Origin: Pseudomonadota bacterium
GTDB lineage: Bacteria; Pseudomonadota; Gammaproteobacteria; Steroidobacterales; Rariloculaceae
DNA length: 64,000 nt
NCBI GenBank assembly: GCA_036337035.1
Contig: JAYZFC010000006.1
Span: 18,194 to 82,193 of the forward strand
Direction of reading: 5' to 3'
Shown here: piece by piece, positions 1 through 10,135 of the stretch
Layout: each line of letters starts with the position of its first letter
How positions within the stretch are numbered: the first letter of the stretch is position 1
Position numbers and translations under genes: made by a program
The notes under the pieces: model-generated
What the model was told of the DNA's origin: nothing
Seen by the model: only the letters and a program-made list of their open reading frames with translations
Database searches by the model: none

Positions 1-641
1 AAATCCATAACTGGAGGCCACCAACTTGCTTGGCATTTTGGAAGATCAGGACAAGATAATGCCGCATAATTTGAGCTAGTCCATCCTCCAAGTGAGATTT
101 GCACTATAAGAACAAGCAGAGATATAAAAGCAATCCTCTTTATTGAATTCGGAGTTTTCAGGTGTGGAGCTTGCCATCTAGATAACCATGACAAAATTCC
201 AAGAGTTGTTAAACCTCCAATTAAATGAGCCATAACTACTACAGGCTTAAGTAAAAGAGTCACAGTCCACATTCCAAGTAATCCCTGAAAAATAACAGTT
301 ACTAATAGCAGAAAAGTCAATAAAACATTCTGACTAGGTGAGCGACGATTTAAAAACGCGATAACAGATAAAGATAAGCATAGCAACCCTAGTAAAGTGG
401 CTAGGTATCTATGAATCATTTCTCTCCATGCTTTTCCTGAATCAAATGGTCTATCTGGATAAATTTCAGAAATAGATGCTATCTCCTCAGCGGAATTGGG
501 AACTAATAAGCTCCCATAACAACCAGGCCAGTCAGGACAACCAAGACCAGCATCTGTTAATCTTACCCAAGCTCCTATAAATATGACAAAAAAAGCAAGA
601 ACGGTACCTAACCTAGACAATCTGACAAAAAGAGTATCCAA
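1..641 (-). CDS. ctaA: heme A synthase (CtaA/COX15 family), C-terminal part cut by window edge
   Basis: Not in the ORF track because it runs off the window. Manual minus-strand translation from TTG at 641 gives ...FVIFIGAWVRLTDAGLGCPDWPGCYG... followed by several hydrophobic segments, the proteobacterial CtaA N-terminal signature. An in-frame TAA lies at 644-642 and a GGAG about 9 nt upstream. Confidence 0.75.
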   Translation of the reverse strand, partial: MDTLFVRLSRLGTVLAFFVIFIGAWVRLTDAGLGCPDWPGCYGSLLVPNSAEEIASISEIYPDRPFDSGKAWREMIHRYLATLLGLLCLSLSVIAFLNRRSPSQNVLLTFLLLVTVIFQGLLGMWTVTLLLKPVVVMAHLIGGLTTLGILSWLSRWQAPHLKTPNSIKRIAFISLLVLIVQISLGGWTSSNYAALSCPDLPKCQASWWPPVMD

Positions 642-729
642 TTACAAAAACTCCAGAAAATACAAAACAACTACCGACTTGAATTATATCAAAACTCAGG
701 TATATCTTCGAAAAGTATAAGAAGAATTA

Positions 730-1626
730 TTAACTATTTTTTTTATCTCTAGCCTCGTAATTTTTTATTCCTTCTAAAGAAATTAATTTATAGCTAGGGT
801 CATTAGAAATGGTTTTTTTGCTATGCCAAGCATGACCAAAAATAGCCTCTATAGTTATATTAAATCCTGATCCTTTATTCTCTAACTCAATATTTCTACA
901 AAAAGCATTCCACTTTTCCTTACCTGTCAATGAAGTCCTTCTCCCTTCAGCTATGTTGCTTGCACCACAGCTCCTTATATCAGAAATTAAACTTGTGATA
1001 TTATTATATGTGATAGAGAGTCTATTAATATCTAAGACAGGATCAAGTAAATTAGCCTTTATAAGCATGTCGCCTAAGTCGTGCATATCTAAAAAACCAT
1101 GAACATGAACTAAGCTATCTATCATTGACCATGCTTTTCTTAGCTCAGATAATGTATCTGGACCAACACTTGAAAATATAAATAATCCATCATTTTTTAA
1201 AATTCTTGAAACTTCACTAAAAATAATACTTGTATCACACCAAGGTAATAAGAGATTAGAAAATACTAGATCAACGCAAGAGTCCATTAAGGGGATCATT
1301 TCAGCATCGCCATATAAAACACTTACATTAGGATTTTTTAAAAAATACTTACTAGAAACTCTATTCATCTCTAGGCTATTATCCATAGCTATAACTTTAC
1401 TAGTTGGAAATAATTTATTTAGCTTGAGAGAACTTTTTCCAGTAGCAGCGCCTAAATCTAAGATTATTTTTGGTTCTAAATTAAAAAATTTTAATCTATC
1501 AATTAGACGATCTCTTATCTCGCTATGAACAATATCTGAGTTATTAAATAGATTTGCTGATCTATCAAAGCTACGAACGATTAAGGATTTATTTGGAAAT
1601 CCGATACAAGCATCTTTCTTAATCAA
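730..1626 (-). CDS. bioC: malonyl-ACP O-methyltransferase BioC-like SAM methyltransferase
   Basis: SAM-binding ILDLGAATG. DLVFSNLLLPWC and PDTLSELRKAW resemble E. coli BioC (DLAWSNLAVQWC, LPELHQAW). Lies directly downstream of bioB. Confidence 0.65.
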   Translation of the reverse strand: MIKKDACIGFPNKSLIVRSFDRSANLFNNSDIVHSEIRDRLIDRLKFFNLEPKIILDLGAATGKSSLKLNKLFPTSKVIAMDNSLEMNRVSSKYFLKNPNVSVLYGDAEMIPLMDSCVDLVFSNLLLPWCDTSIIFSEVSRILKNDGLFIFSSVGPDTLSELRKAWSMIDSLVHVHGFLDMHDLGDMLIKANLLDPVLDINRLSITYNNITSLISDIRSCGASNIAEGRRTSLTGKEKWNAFCRNIELENKGSGFNITIEAIFGHAWHSKKTISNDPSYKLISLEGIKNYEARDKKNS

Positions 1627-1645
1627 TTAAAAATTTCTCAACTAT

Positions 1646-2680
1646 TCATTTAACGCATTTATCTTCTGTCTTTAATCCTAATTTAGATAAAAGAGCTAAA
1701 TCATCATTATAATCTGGGTTTTTAGTTGTTAATAACTTATCTCCATAAAAAATAGAATTTGCCCCTGCCATAAAACAAAGAGCTTGCATCTCATCAGAGA
1801 AATCTGCTCTACCAGCAGACAGTCTTACATGAGACTTAGGCATAATTATCCTTGCTACAGCTACTGTTCTTACAAATTCGATCATATCTATAGGATCTGT
1901 TTTTTCTAGTGGGGTACCAGATGATCTTACAAGATTATTTATAGGAACACTTTCCGGCTGAGTAGGCATATTAGCTAGGGTTTGCATTAACATAATCCTA
2001 TCATCTCTATCTTCGCCTAGACCTAAAATACCACCACAACAAACTTTCATGCCTGATGCTCTAACCGACTGAAGAGTTTTTAAACGATCGGAGTAATTTC
2101 TTGTTGTAATTATCTCTTTATAAAAATTCTCTGATGTATCTAGATTATGATTATAATAATCGAGGCCTGATTTTTTTAATAATAGTGCCTGATTTTTATC
2201 TAATAAACCTAAAGTCGCACATGTCTCGAGACCTAATGATTTAACTGCTTTAATCATTTCAATTATTTTCTCTAATTGCTTATCTTTTGGGCCTCGGTAT
2301 GCTGCTCCCATACAAAATCTTGTTGCTCCAGCTTTTTTTGCTTTTTTTGCTGCACTAATTACTGCTTCTAATGGCATAAGATCTTCGGGCTCTACCTCTG
2401 TATTATATCGAACACTTTGTGGGCAATACGAGCAATCTTCAGGACATGCGCCTGTTTTAATTGATAGAAGCGTGGACATTTGAATTTCATTAGGTATAAA
2501 ATATTTTCTATGAATCCATTGAGCTGCATATAATAAATCATTAAATGGTAATCTATATAAATTCTTCAATTCCTCTTTGGACCAATCATGTCTTTGTTCA
2601 ATGCCAATAACTAATCCTGTTAAAGAAAGATAACTATCTGAAATTTCATATTTCTCAACACTCATATTAGAATTTTCCAT
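1646..2680 (-). CDS. bioB: biotin synthase
   Basis: Radical-SAM CxxxCxxC ([11 protein letters not shown]), YNHNLDTS, full-length BioB-like 344 aa. Confidence 0.95.
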   Translation of the reverse strand: MENSNMSVEKYEISDSYLSLTGLVIGIEQRHDWSKEELKNLYRLPFNDLLYAAQWIHRKYFIPNEIQMSTLLSIKTGACPEDCSYCPQSVRYNTEVEPEDLMPLEAVISAAKKAKKAGATRFCMGAAYRGPKDKQLEKIIEMIKAVKSLGLETCATLGLLDKNQALLLKKSGLDYYNHNLDTSENFYKEIITTRNYSDRLKTLQSVRASGMKVCCGGILGLGEDRDDRIMLMQTLANMPTQPESVPINNLVRSSGTPLEKTDPIDMIEFVRTVAVARIIMPKSHVRLSAGRADFSDEMQALCFMAGANSIFYGDKLLTTKNPDYNDDLALLSKLGLKTEDKCVK

Positions 2681-3550
2681 TTAAAAACTATAGCTTGATA
2701 TAATACCAGCGAAAATAATAGCTCCAACTAAATTATTATTTTTAAAGGCTTTGATGCATCTCTTTGGATCCCTATCTTTAATAAGAAATACCTGATAAAT
2801 AAGAAGAAAACTAGAAAATAAAATAGAAAGGAAGTACAGGAAATTAAAACTTTGCAATATACCAATTGCTACTAGAAATCCGAGAAAAATTAACTGCATA
2901 ATAAATATAAATAGTCTCTCATAGTCTCCAAACAAAATCGCAGTAGAGCTTATATTGATTTTAAGATCATACTTTTTATCTGCCATAGCATACTGAGTAT
3001 CATAAAAAATTATCCAAACTATTGTACAAAGAAAAATTATCCAGCTAATTAGTGGCATTGAATTAGTCTGAGATGCAAAAGCTATAGGAACCCCTAAGGA
3101 AAAAGCTATCCCCAGAAATAACTGTGGTGCTGGAAAAAATCTTTTAGAAAATGGATAAAAAATAGTAATTATTGCTCCAAATATAGCGATATATAATGAA
3201 AGTCTATTCAATAATAGAACAAGACAAAACCCTATAAAAATTAGAAATATAAATAGCAATAATGCCTCATTTTTAGATAAACTGCCTTTAGCTAAAGGCC
3301 TATTCTTAGTTCTATCAACAAGAGGATCAATTTTCATATCAGCTAAATCATTAATGACGCAGCCAGCTGATCTCATAATAATAGTTCCTAAATAAAAAAT
3401 TAATACAACAATCCAATTTGGTTCGCCTCCAGATGCTATCCATAATGACCATAAAGTAGGCCATAGGAGCAAATATATGCCTATTGGCTTATCTAAGCGC
3501 ATTAATTCTATATAAAGATTTATTTTTTTAGCTATTAATCTGTTAACCAT
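2681..3550 (-). CDS. ubiA: 4-hydroxybenzoate polyprenyltransferase
   Basis: NDLADMKIDPLVDRTKNRPLA prenyltransferase motif and a polytopic membrane profile. Start placed at ATG 3550 (MVNRL...), 1 nt after the recG stop, instead of the ORF-track start at 3595, which overlaps recG. Confidence 0.9.
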   Translation of the reverse strand: MVNRLIAKKINLYIELMRLDKPIGIYLLLWPTLWSLWIASGGEPNWIVVLIFYLGTIIMRSAGCVINDLADMKIDPLVDRTKNRPLAKGSLSKNEALLLFIFLIFIGFCLVLLLNRLSLYIAIFGAIITIFYPFSKRFFPAPQLFLGIAFSLGVPIAFASQTNSMPLISWIIFLCTIVWIIFYDTQYAMADKKYDLKINISSTAILFGDYERLFIFIMQLIFLGFLVAIGILQSFNFLYFLSILFSSFLLIYQVFLIKDRDPKRCIKAFKNNNLVGAIIFAGIISSYSF

Positions 3551-3551
3551 G

Positions 3552-5621
3552 CTACACATTAGCATAATCGCTGGCCCCCTTAAACCAACGCTCAACTAGA
3601 GGATTAATTAAACCAGCATGATCTCTGATAATTGTATCTGACAAATCTATTACCTCAGAAAGTAAATAAGAGTCTCTTGAAAGATCGGCTATTTTTAAAC
3701 TATTTAGCCCTGCCTGTTTTTTGCCTAGAAATTCTCCAGATCCTCTTAGATCTAAATCTTTTTGTGCTATTGTAAAACCATCATTAGTTTCTCTTATTAC
3801 ACCTAGTCTATGTTTAGCTATTTCAGTTAGAGGTGGTTTATAAAGTAATATACAATCAGATTGCTCATCGCCCCTACCAACCCTACCTCTAAGTTGATGA
3901 AGCTGAGATAAGCCCATTCTTTCAGAATTTTCTATAACCATCAGTGTAGCATTTGGAACATCTACACCTACTTCAATAACAGTTGTAGAGACTAATAAAT
4001 CTATTTTTTTTCTTTTAAAGTTTTTCATTACATGCTCTTTTTCATCAGATTTCATTTTTCCGTGAAGGAGAGCTAAATTCACTGATGGCATAGCTTTGCT
4101 TAATTCATTAATTAAATTCTTAGCAGCTTGAGATGCTATTATTTCTGATTCTTCTATAAGAGGACATACCCAATAAGCCTGCTTACCAGTTTTACAATGA
4201 ACTAGAACTCTGTCTATAAGCATAGTTCTCTTTTTCTCAGGCATAACTTTAGTTCTTATAAGCTTTCTGCCTTTCGGCAATTCATCAATAATAGAACTAT
4301 CTAAATCTGCATATGCAACCATAGCAAGAGTTCTAGGGATTGGTGTTGCAGTAATAACAAGCTGATGCGGTGAAAAATCTCTATTCTTAAGTCTTAACTT
4401 CAATCTTTGATCAACCCCGAACCTATGTTGCTCATCTATTATAATTAAACCAATATTTTTAAATTCTACAGAATGCTGAAATAAAGCATGAGTTCCTACA
4501 ACTATCGAAGCATCGCCACTTTTGATCCTTCTTAATAAACTTGATCTTTTTGTTTCAGGTATAGATCCTGAAAGGAATACAATATTAATGTCCAAAAAAC
4601 TAAACCATTCCTTAAAATTTAAATAGTGTTGCTCAGCAAGAAGCTCAGTAGGTGCCATTATAATTGTTTGAAAAGAGTTGCTATGGCAAAACAGTGCTGC
4701 TGCTGCTGCTACAACTGTCTTCCCAGATCCTACATCTCCCTGTAATAGACGATTCATTGGAACGCTCTTGACTAAATCACTAAATATTTCTTCTAAAGCA
4801 GAATTTTGAGCATTTGTGAGATCAAATGAAAGTGAATCAATAAATTTATCGACAGAGTTATCCCTCTTAGTTAATGCTATCGAGCTATTTTTATCAAATT
4901 TATTACTAAACTGAAGCAATGCTAACCTCTGAGCTAGCATCTCCTCTAAAGAAATTCTCATCTGTGATGGGTGTCTCTTGCTATCCAGCAAGGTCATATC
5001 GGTATCTGCAGGAGGGTTATGCAAAAACTTTATAGAGTCAGTTAAGGAAGGATATTTATCGCCAATTATTGATGATAGTAAATCTAATGAATCTACTTGT
5101 TTTTCTAACACTTTAATAGACTGGCCCACAAGCGACCTAATTCTTGATTGATGAAGACCGCTAGTTGAAGGATATATTGGTGTTAAGCTATTATTTAATT
5201 CTTTATCTATAGAATCAATGATTCTATATTCAGGGTGAATCATCTCTAGTGAGCTTTTGCTTTGTCGTACCTCGCCAAAGCACCTGACTCTTTCAGCAGA
5301 AGCAAGATTCTCATATTGAGCATTAGAAAAATGAAAAAATTTTAGTTCAATAGTGCCAGTTTGATCTGAAATCTTACAGTGCATAATCCTTCTGCCCCTA
5401 TAAATAATCTTCACATTATCTATATACCCTTCTATTAGCCTCCTTTCTCCTGGAATTAATGAACAAATTTCTAATATTTTTGTCCTATCCTCATAGCGAT
5501 TTGGAAAAAGAAATAGTAAATCGATAATCTTATTAACACCAAACTGATTTAGTTTATCGTTTAAAGCAGGACCAACGCCTTTCAGCTTTAAAGGCGAATC
5601 ATCTATTGATATTTCTGACAT
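3552..5621 (-). CDS. recG: ATP-dependent DNA helicase RecG
   Basis: Walker A GDVGSGKT, DEQHRFG box, helicase C-terminal motifs (QLRGRVGRG), 689 aa. Confidence 0.95.
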   Translation of the reverse strand: MSEISIDDSPLKLKGVGPALNDKLNQFGVNKIIDLLFLFPNRYEDRTKILEICSLIPGERRLIEGYIDNVKIIYRGRRIMHCKISDQTGTIELKFFHFSNAQYENLASAERVRCFGEVRQSKSSLEMIHPEYRIIDSIDKELNNSLTPIYPSTSGLHQSRIRSLVGQSIKVLEKQVDSLDLLSSIIGDKYPSLTDSIKFLHNPPADTDMTLLDSKRHPSQMRISLEEMLAQRLALLQFSNKFDKNSSIALTKRDNSVDKFIDSLSFDLTNAQNSALEEIFSDLVKSVPMNRLLQGDVGSGKTVVAAAAALFCHSNSFQTIIMAPTELLAEQHYLNFKEWFSFLDINIVFLSGSIPETKRSSLLRRIKSGDASIVVGTHALFQHSVEFKNIGLIIIDEQHRFGVDQRLKLRLKNRDFSPHQLVITATPIPRTLAMVAYADLDSSIIDELPKGRKLIRTKVMPEKKRTMLIDRVLVHCKTGKQAYWVCPLIEESEIIASQAAKNLINELSKAMPSVNLALLHGKMKSDEKEHVMKNFKRKKIDLLVSTTVIEVGVDVPNATLMVIENSERMGLSQLHQLRGRVGRGDEQSDCILLYKPPLTEIAKHRLGVIRETNDGFTIAQKDLDLRGSGEFLGKKQAGLNSLKIADLSRDSYLLSEVIDLSDTIIRDHAGLINPLVERWFKGASDYANV

Positions 5622-5635
5622 TTAAATAAATTAGC

Positions 5636-6016
5636 TCATAGAATCATAATTGCATCTACTTCAATTAATGCTTGTTTAGGTAGATCATTTACTTCAACTA
5701 TTGCTCTTGCAGGAAAGGGCTTAGAAAATAAATTATTCATAAAGGTATTTACAAGATCAAAATGTTCCAAATCTTTAAGGTAGATAGTTATTTTTACAAT
5801 ATTTTCCCAAGCGCCCCCTGCTTCAGCAATTACTCCTGAAACGTTATTAAAAACTTGCTCAATCTGATCATTAATTTTATCGCTAACCAATTCAGTGGTA
5901 TTTGGATCAATAGGTATCTGACCTGAAAGAAAAACTAAATTACCACACTTAATAGCTTGGCTATAGGCGCCTATAGGACTTGGTGCATTATTAGTCCTTA
6001 CAGCTTTCTTTTTCAT
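5636..6016 (-). CDS. ridA: RidA/YjgF-family reactive intermediate deaminase
   Basis: 126 aa with APSPIGAYSQA...LSGQIP...ARAIVEV, typical of the family. A spoT-ridA neighbourhood also occurs in Pseudomonas. Confidence 0.9.
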   Translation of the reverse strand: MKKKAVRTNNAPSPIGAYSQAIKCGNLVFLSGQIPIDPNTTELVSDKINDQIEQVFNNVSGVIAEAGGAWENIVKITIYLKDLEHFDLVNTFMNNLFSKPFPARAIVEVNDLPKQALIEVDAIMIL

Positions 6017-8185
6017 TTAACCTACCACTCTATTGACTCTAATTACATCAGCATTATTCCTAATACTTCTTAGCACATTTGCTAAATGTCTTCTATTCCT
6101 AACACTCAAACCAAACAACAATATTGAATCATCTCCATCTGTTTCCACCTTGACATTATTAATATTGCTCTTTTTAGACGATATTTTCGATGCAACCTCA
6201 GCTAAAAGACCCACCCTATTCATAGTCTTGATTTGAATCTCTGATTGAAATTCGCCTTTAATAGTGCGGCTCCATTTAACAACGATCCAATTTGATGAAT
6301 TAACTGAGGCTTTAGGTGAATTAAGAACATTAGAACAAGATGTTCTATGAACAGTCATCCCTCTCCCGCTTGACATATATCCAATAATAGAATCTCCGGG
6401 TATAGGACAACAACATTTAGCATAAATAATCACTAGCCCTTCTATACCAGAAATATCTAGAGGCCTCACTGCCTTAGAGATATCTATTTTTTCTGATGGA
6501 AGATTCTGATTTGCTAGCATACCAGCTAAAATAGGTGCCAATCTCTCCCCTAAACCTAGTTGTTCATAAACTAAATCTAAATTTGTTTCTTTAAGTTCTT
6601 TTAAAAAGAATTCTAATTGTGATTTTTTTAATCTTCTTATATTTAAAGAATAAGGCTTGAGAGCTTGACTTAATAATCTTCTGCCAAGATCTCTTGCCTT
6701 ATCTTTCTTTAAGTGCTTTAAATATGTCCGAATAGAATTTCTTGCTTTAGCAGTAATTACAAAATTAACCCAAAGTGGATTAGGCTCTGGCTTCCTTTTT
6801 GTAAATATCTCAACAGTTTCTCCATTTTCTAAAACTGTTCTCAGTGGAACAAAGCGCCTATTTACTTTTGCAGCTATACATCGATTACCTATATCTGTGT
6901 GAATTGCGTAGGCAAAATCAACAACCGTAGAGTTTGAAGGAAGTCTAAGAATTTTCCCTTTGGGAGTAAAAACATATACATTATCTGGATATAAATCCAC
7001 CTTGACAGTTTCAATTAATTCTTCATATCCAAAATCACTCTGAATCTCCATTAATCCAGACAACCAATCTCTTGCTCTAATTTCAGCACCTTGGGTAGCC
7101 TTGTCGCTAGCCTTATACTGCCAATGAGCTGCTACACCTTTATCTGCTAACTTGTCCATCTCTTCTGTTCTTATCTGAACTTCTAAAGGATTGCCTTCAG
7201 CGCCAAATAGAGTTGTATGAAGTGATTGATAACCATTTATTCTTGGTATAGCAATATAATCCTTAAACCTGCCTGGCATTGGTTTGTAGAGCTGATGAAC
7301 TATACCTAAAGTTAAATAGCAAGTATGGACATCTTTAACATTTATTCTTACAGCAAATATGTCTACAATCTCATGAAGGCGCATTCTCTTTCTCTTCATT
7401 TTGGTATATATGCTATAAAGACTTTTTTCTCTTGTAATAATTGATCCTTTTATACCTCCATTTATCATTGTTTTATTAATTGTCTTTTCTATTTTCTGAA
7501 GAAACTTTTTCTGTTTATCTCTTAAAGGCCCAAGAAAGGAATTCAAAACTCTATACCTAACAGGATTACAGATCTTAAATCCTAAATCCTCAAGCTCATG
7601 TTTTATGCTAAAAATACCAAGCCTATTTGCAATAGGGGCGTAAATTTCAAGCGTCTCTTTTGCTATTCTTTTTTGACTATCAATATCTAATGCACTTATT
7701 GTTCTCATATTGTGAGTTCTATCTGCTAGTTTAACTAAAATAACTCTAAGATCTTTTACCATAGCCAGTAACATCTTTCTGAAATTCTGAGCCTGCTCTT
7801 CTATTGAGCTATCAAAATACAATTTATCTAGCTTACTCACACCATCTACTAAAGCAGCAATATCATTACCAAAATTATTTTCTAGCTCCTTAAGAGTTAC
7901 ATCTGTATCCTCTAAGACATCATGCAACAAGGCTGCTTTTATAGATCCAACATCTAAACGAAGCTCAGCTAATATTGTAGCTACTGCGATAGGATGGCTA
8001 ATGTAATCCTCACCACTAAGTCTTTTTTGCCCTGAATGAGCTAAATTACTAAAATTATGAGCTTCAATAACTTCATCAATTTCGTTTTTATTTAGGTAGG
8101 TTTTTAATTTATCAATTAAAGAATCAAAACTATTTGATTGCCAAGAGGCAGAAAGACGATCTAATATGCTTGCTCCATAATTCAT
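6017..8185 (-). CDS. spoT: bifunctional (p)ppGpp synthetase/hydrolase SpoT
   Basis: HD hydrolase domain (HDVLEDT), RelA/SpoT synthetase domain, TGS and ACT-like C-terminus. Sits in gmk-rpoZ-spoT context. Confidence 0.93.
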   Translation of the reverse strand: MNYGASILDRLSASWQSNSFDSLIDKLKTYLNKNEIDEVIEAHNFSNLAHSGQKRLSGEDYISHPIAVATILAELRLDVGSIKAALLHDVLEDTDVTLKELENNFGNDIAALVDGVSKLDKLYFDSSIEEQAQNFRKMLLAMVKDLRVILVKLADRTHNMRTISALDIDSQKRIAKETLEIYAPIANRLGIFSIKHELEDLGFKICNPVRYRVLNSFLGPLRDKQKKFLQKIEKTINKTMINGGIKGSIITREKSLYSIYTKMKRKRMRLHEIVDIFAVRINVKDVHTCYLTLGIVHQLYKPMPGRFKDYIAIPRINGYQSLHTTLFGAEGNPLEVQIRTEEMDKLADKGVAAHWQYKASDKATQGAEIRARDWLSGLMEIQSDFGYEELIETVKVDLYPDNVYVFTPKGKILRLPSNSTVVDFAYAIHTDIGNRCIAAKVNRRFVPLRTVLENGETVEIFTKRKPEPNPLWVNFVITAKARNSIRTYLKHLKKDKARDLGRRLLSQALKPYSLNIRRLKKSQLEFFLKELKETNLDLVYEQLGLGERLAPILAGMLANQNLPSEKIDISKAVRPLDISGIEGLVIIYAKCCCPIPGDSIIGYMSSGRGMTVHRTSCSNVLNSPKASVNSSNWIVVKWSRTIKGEFQSEIQIKTMNRVGLLAEVASKISSKKSNINNVKVETDGDDSILLFGLSVRNRRHLANVLRSIRNNADVIRVNRVVG

Positions 8186-8231
8186 TTGCTAAAATATTTA
8201 GAGAAAGCTCCGATTTTTATTACAAAAAAAT

Positions 8232-8477
8232 CTATAAATTTCTAGAATCATCGCTCTCAATAATTTCTATTGGATGATCCTTCTCTAATAGAATGCTTTC
8301 CGAAATATGCCCCTCTGCAATCTCCCTAAGAGCTACAACTGTAGGTTTATCTCCTTCCCATTCAACTAAAGCGTCTGCTCCGTTAGATAATTGCCTAGCT
8401 CTCTTAGCTGCTACAAGCACTGTTTGAAAAATATTAGGGATTCTTTTATTACAATCCTCAACAGTAATTCGTGCCAT
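8232..8477 (-). CDS. rpoZ: DNA-directed RNA polymerase subunit omega
   Basis: MARITVEDC...AAKRARQL signature, 81 aa, between gmk and spoT. Confidence 0.93.
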   Translation of the reverse strand: MARITVEDCNKRIPNIFQTVLVAAKRARQLSNGADALVEWEGDKPTVVALREIAEGHISESILLEKDHPIEIIESDDSRNL

Positions 8478-8555
8478 AAAAAATTCTCCTTGGCTTAATT
8501 AATTGAATCTTATTATAACTATATAAAATCTTTAGAAAAAATTAAAGATAATATT

Positions 8556-9188
8556 TTACTCTGACTCGATTATCCTAATAATCTTTCTTCTGTTAACAAG
8601 ATTGAAAATGCTATTTTCCTCTCCTTTTCCACATAAAATATTTTCAACCTGGTCATATGCTTTATTTATATCATCATTAATGACGACATAATCAAATTCT
8701 TCCCAATGCTTCATATCTGAAGCTGCTTCATCCAATCTTCTTTTTATCACATCTTCTGAATCAGTAGAACGACCATAAAGTCTATTATTTAAATGAGACT
8801 TACTAGGAGGAAGAAGAAAAATACTTAAGCAATCAAGCTCAGAAGCGCGTATTTGACTAGCACCTTGCCAATCTAGTTCTAATATAACCCAGTTGCCTTT
8901 ATCTAGCTCTAATTGAATATTTTTTTTACTTGTTCCATACCAATTACCAAAAACTTTAGCATACTCAGCAAAATAATCTTCCTTTACCAAATTGTTAAAT
9001 TCCTCTGGCTTAATAAAGAAATAATCCTCCCCATTAATTTCGTTAGGTCTCTTTTTTCTAGTAGTATGTGAAATTGAAAATTTACACTTGGGAATATTTG
9101 ATAATAATAACTTAACCAATGTTGTTTTCCCAGTACCAGAGGGGGCTGAGATAACTATTAACCTACTATCTTTTATATCAAGCATCAT
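8556..9188 (-). CDS. gmk: guanylate kinase
   Basis: P-loop SAPSGTGKTT, TTRKKRPNEINGEDYFF motif. Confidence 0.95.
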   Translation of the reverse strand: MMLDIKDSRLIVISAPSGTGKTTLVKLLLSNIPKCKFSISHTTRKKRPNEINGEDYFFIKPEEFNNLVKEDYFAEYAKVFGNWYGTSKKNIQLELDKGNWVILELDWQGASQIRASELDCLSIFLLPPSKSHLNNRLYGRSTDSEDVIKRRLDEAASDMKHWEEFDYVVINDDINKAYDQVENILCGKGEENSIFNLVNRRKIIRIIESE

Positions 9189-9271
9189 TTATCCTAAAAA
9201 AATTAAAATAATAACTATTTCATAAAAAGGTATAAAAATACTACCAAAAAAACAAATAAAGGTATTAACAA

Positions 9272-9880
9272 ATGAAAATAGACCGATATCAGTGGGTACT
9301 TGCTAGTGATAATAATGGAAAAATTGAAGAAATTCTTCAAGTACTTAAAGGCTTAAACATAGAAATAATTCCCCAGACTAAATTTGGAATTAGCACCCCA
9401 GAAGAGACAGAATCTACCTTTATTGAGAATGCGCTTTTAAAAGCAAAGTTTGCCTCTTCTCAAACTGGGCTTCCATCTATTGCAGATGACTCAGGCTTAT
9501 CTGTAGAATTTCTTAATGGAGAGCCTGGCATATATTCATCAAGATATGCTGGACAAAGAAAAAGTGATGAAGCTAATATTAATAAATTACTTAATAAGCT
9601 AAAAGGCGTACCTGAGACAAAAAGATTAGCGTCCTTCCATGCAGTAACGGTCGCTATGAGGACTAAAGATGATCCTGCGCCGATAATCTGTTATGGGAAA
9701 TGGGATGGAATAATTGCGGATAAGGCACATTTAAAAAACGGCTTTGGTTATGATCCTATATTTTTTGACCCTAATTTAAATAAAATGGCATCAGAGCTTT
9801 CTCTAGAAGAAAAAAATAGAGTGAGTCATAGGGCTCAAGCCCTAAAACACCTAAAAAAATATTTTAGCTACCAAAAATAG
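9272..9880 (+). CDS. rdgB: dITP/XTP pyrophosphatase (RdgB/HAM1 family)
   Basis: LASDNNGKIEE, DDSGL, FGYDPIF motifs. Confidence 0.9.
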   Translation: MKIDRYQWVLASDNNGKIEEILQVLKGLNIEIIPQTKFGISTPEETESTFIENALLKAKFASSQTGLPSIADDSGLSVEFLNGEPGIYSSRYAGQRKSDEANINKLLNKLKGVPETKRLASFHAVTVAMRTKDDPAPIICYGKWDGIIADKAHLKNGFGYDPIFFDPNLNKMASELSLEEKNRVSHRAQALKHLKKYFSYQK

Positions 9881-9935
9881 TTTTTTTTATCTTTCATATT
9901 AAAAATTTAACCCTATTGCACCATAAAGAAGCATT

Positions 9936-9944
9936 TTATACACA
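9936..9944 (+). promoter_or_regulatory. DnaA-box-like 9-mer TTATACACA
   Basis: One mismatch to TTATCCACA and identical to the E. coli oriC R2-type box. Lies in the 492-bp rdgB-rpmE gap. Confidence 0.35.
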
Positions 9945-10114
9945 AAACACCAAATTAAATTTAATGCTACGATTTTTCCCATATATTTGTGTATGTATTA
10001 TTTTATATATCTTATAAGTTGTTGTTTTTTAAAATAAAAGCTTATTTTGGTAATTTTTTGGGCAATTTAAAAAAAAGTATTGATTTCATTGATAAATAGA
10101 CTAATCAACAGAGT

Positions 10115-10135
10115 TTTTCCACAAAGTTATCCACA
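10115..10135 (+). promoter_or_regulatory. tandem DnaA boxes TTTTCCACA-aag-TTATCCACA
   Basis: Perfect consensus box at 10127-10135 placed 3 nt after a one-mismatch box at 10115-10123, in the same orientation. Next to the most A/T-rich part of the gap. Confidence 0.5.

Noticed and set aside
6033-6236. The six-frame track lists many 60-125-aa ORFs on the strand opposite long conserved genes. Examples: 6033-6236, 10992-11243, 20631-20822, 23161-23361, 24002-24379, 24602-24838, 25666-26742 (several), 27165-27859 (several), 28275-28562, 32692-32961, 35034-35258, 36581-37252, 41867-42214, 42718-42999, 43085-43372, 45759-46121, 57672-57953, 59540-60494.
   Set aside because: Each lies entirely inside a confidently identified gene on the other strand. 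Their translations are low-complexity and match no family. They cluster where the real gene is more G+C-rich, so the antisense frame has fewer stop codons. I treat them as shadow ORFs.
9918-9934. TGCACCATAAAGAAGCA resembles an NtrC site because it has the consensus half-site TGCACCA.
   Set aside because: Only one half-site matches; the second half is 4 of 7. There is no sigma-54 -24/-12 element nearby. It is probably chance.
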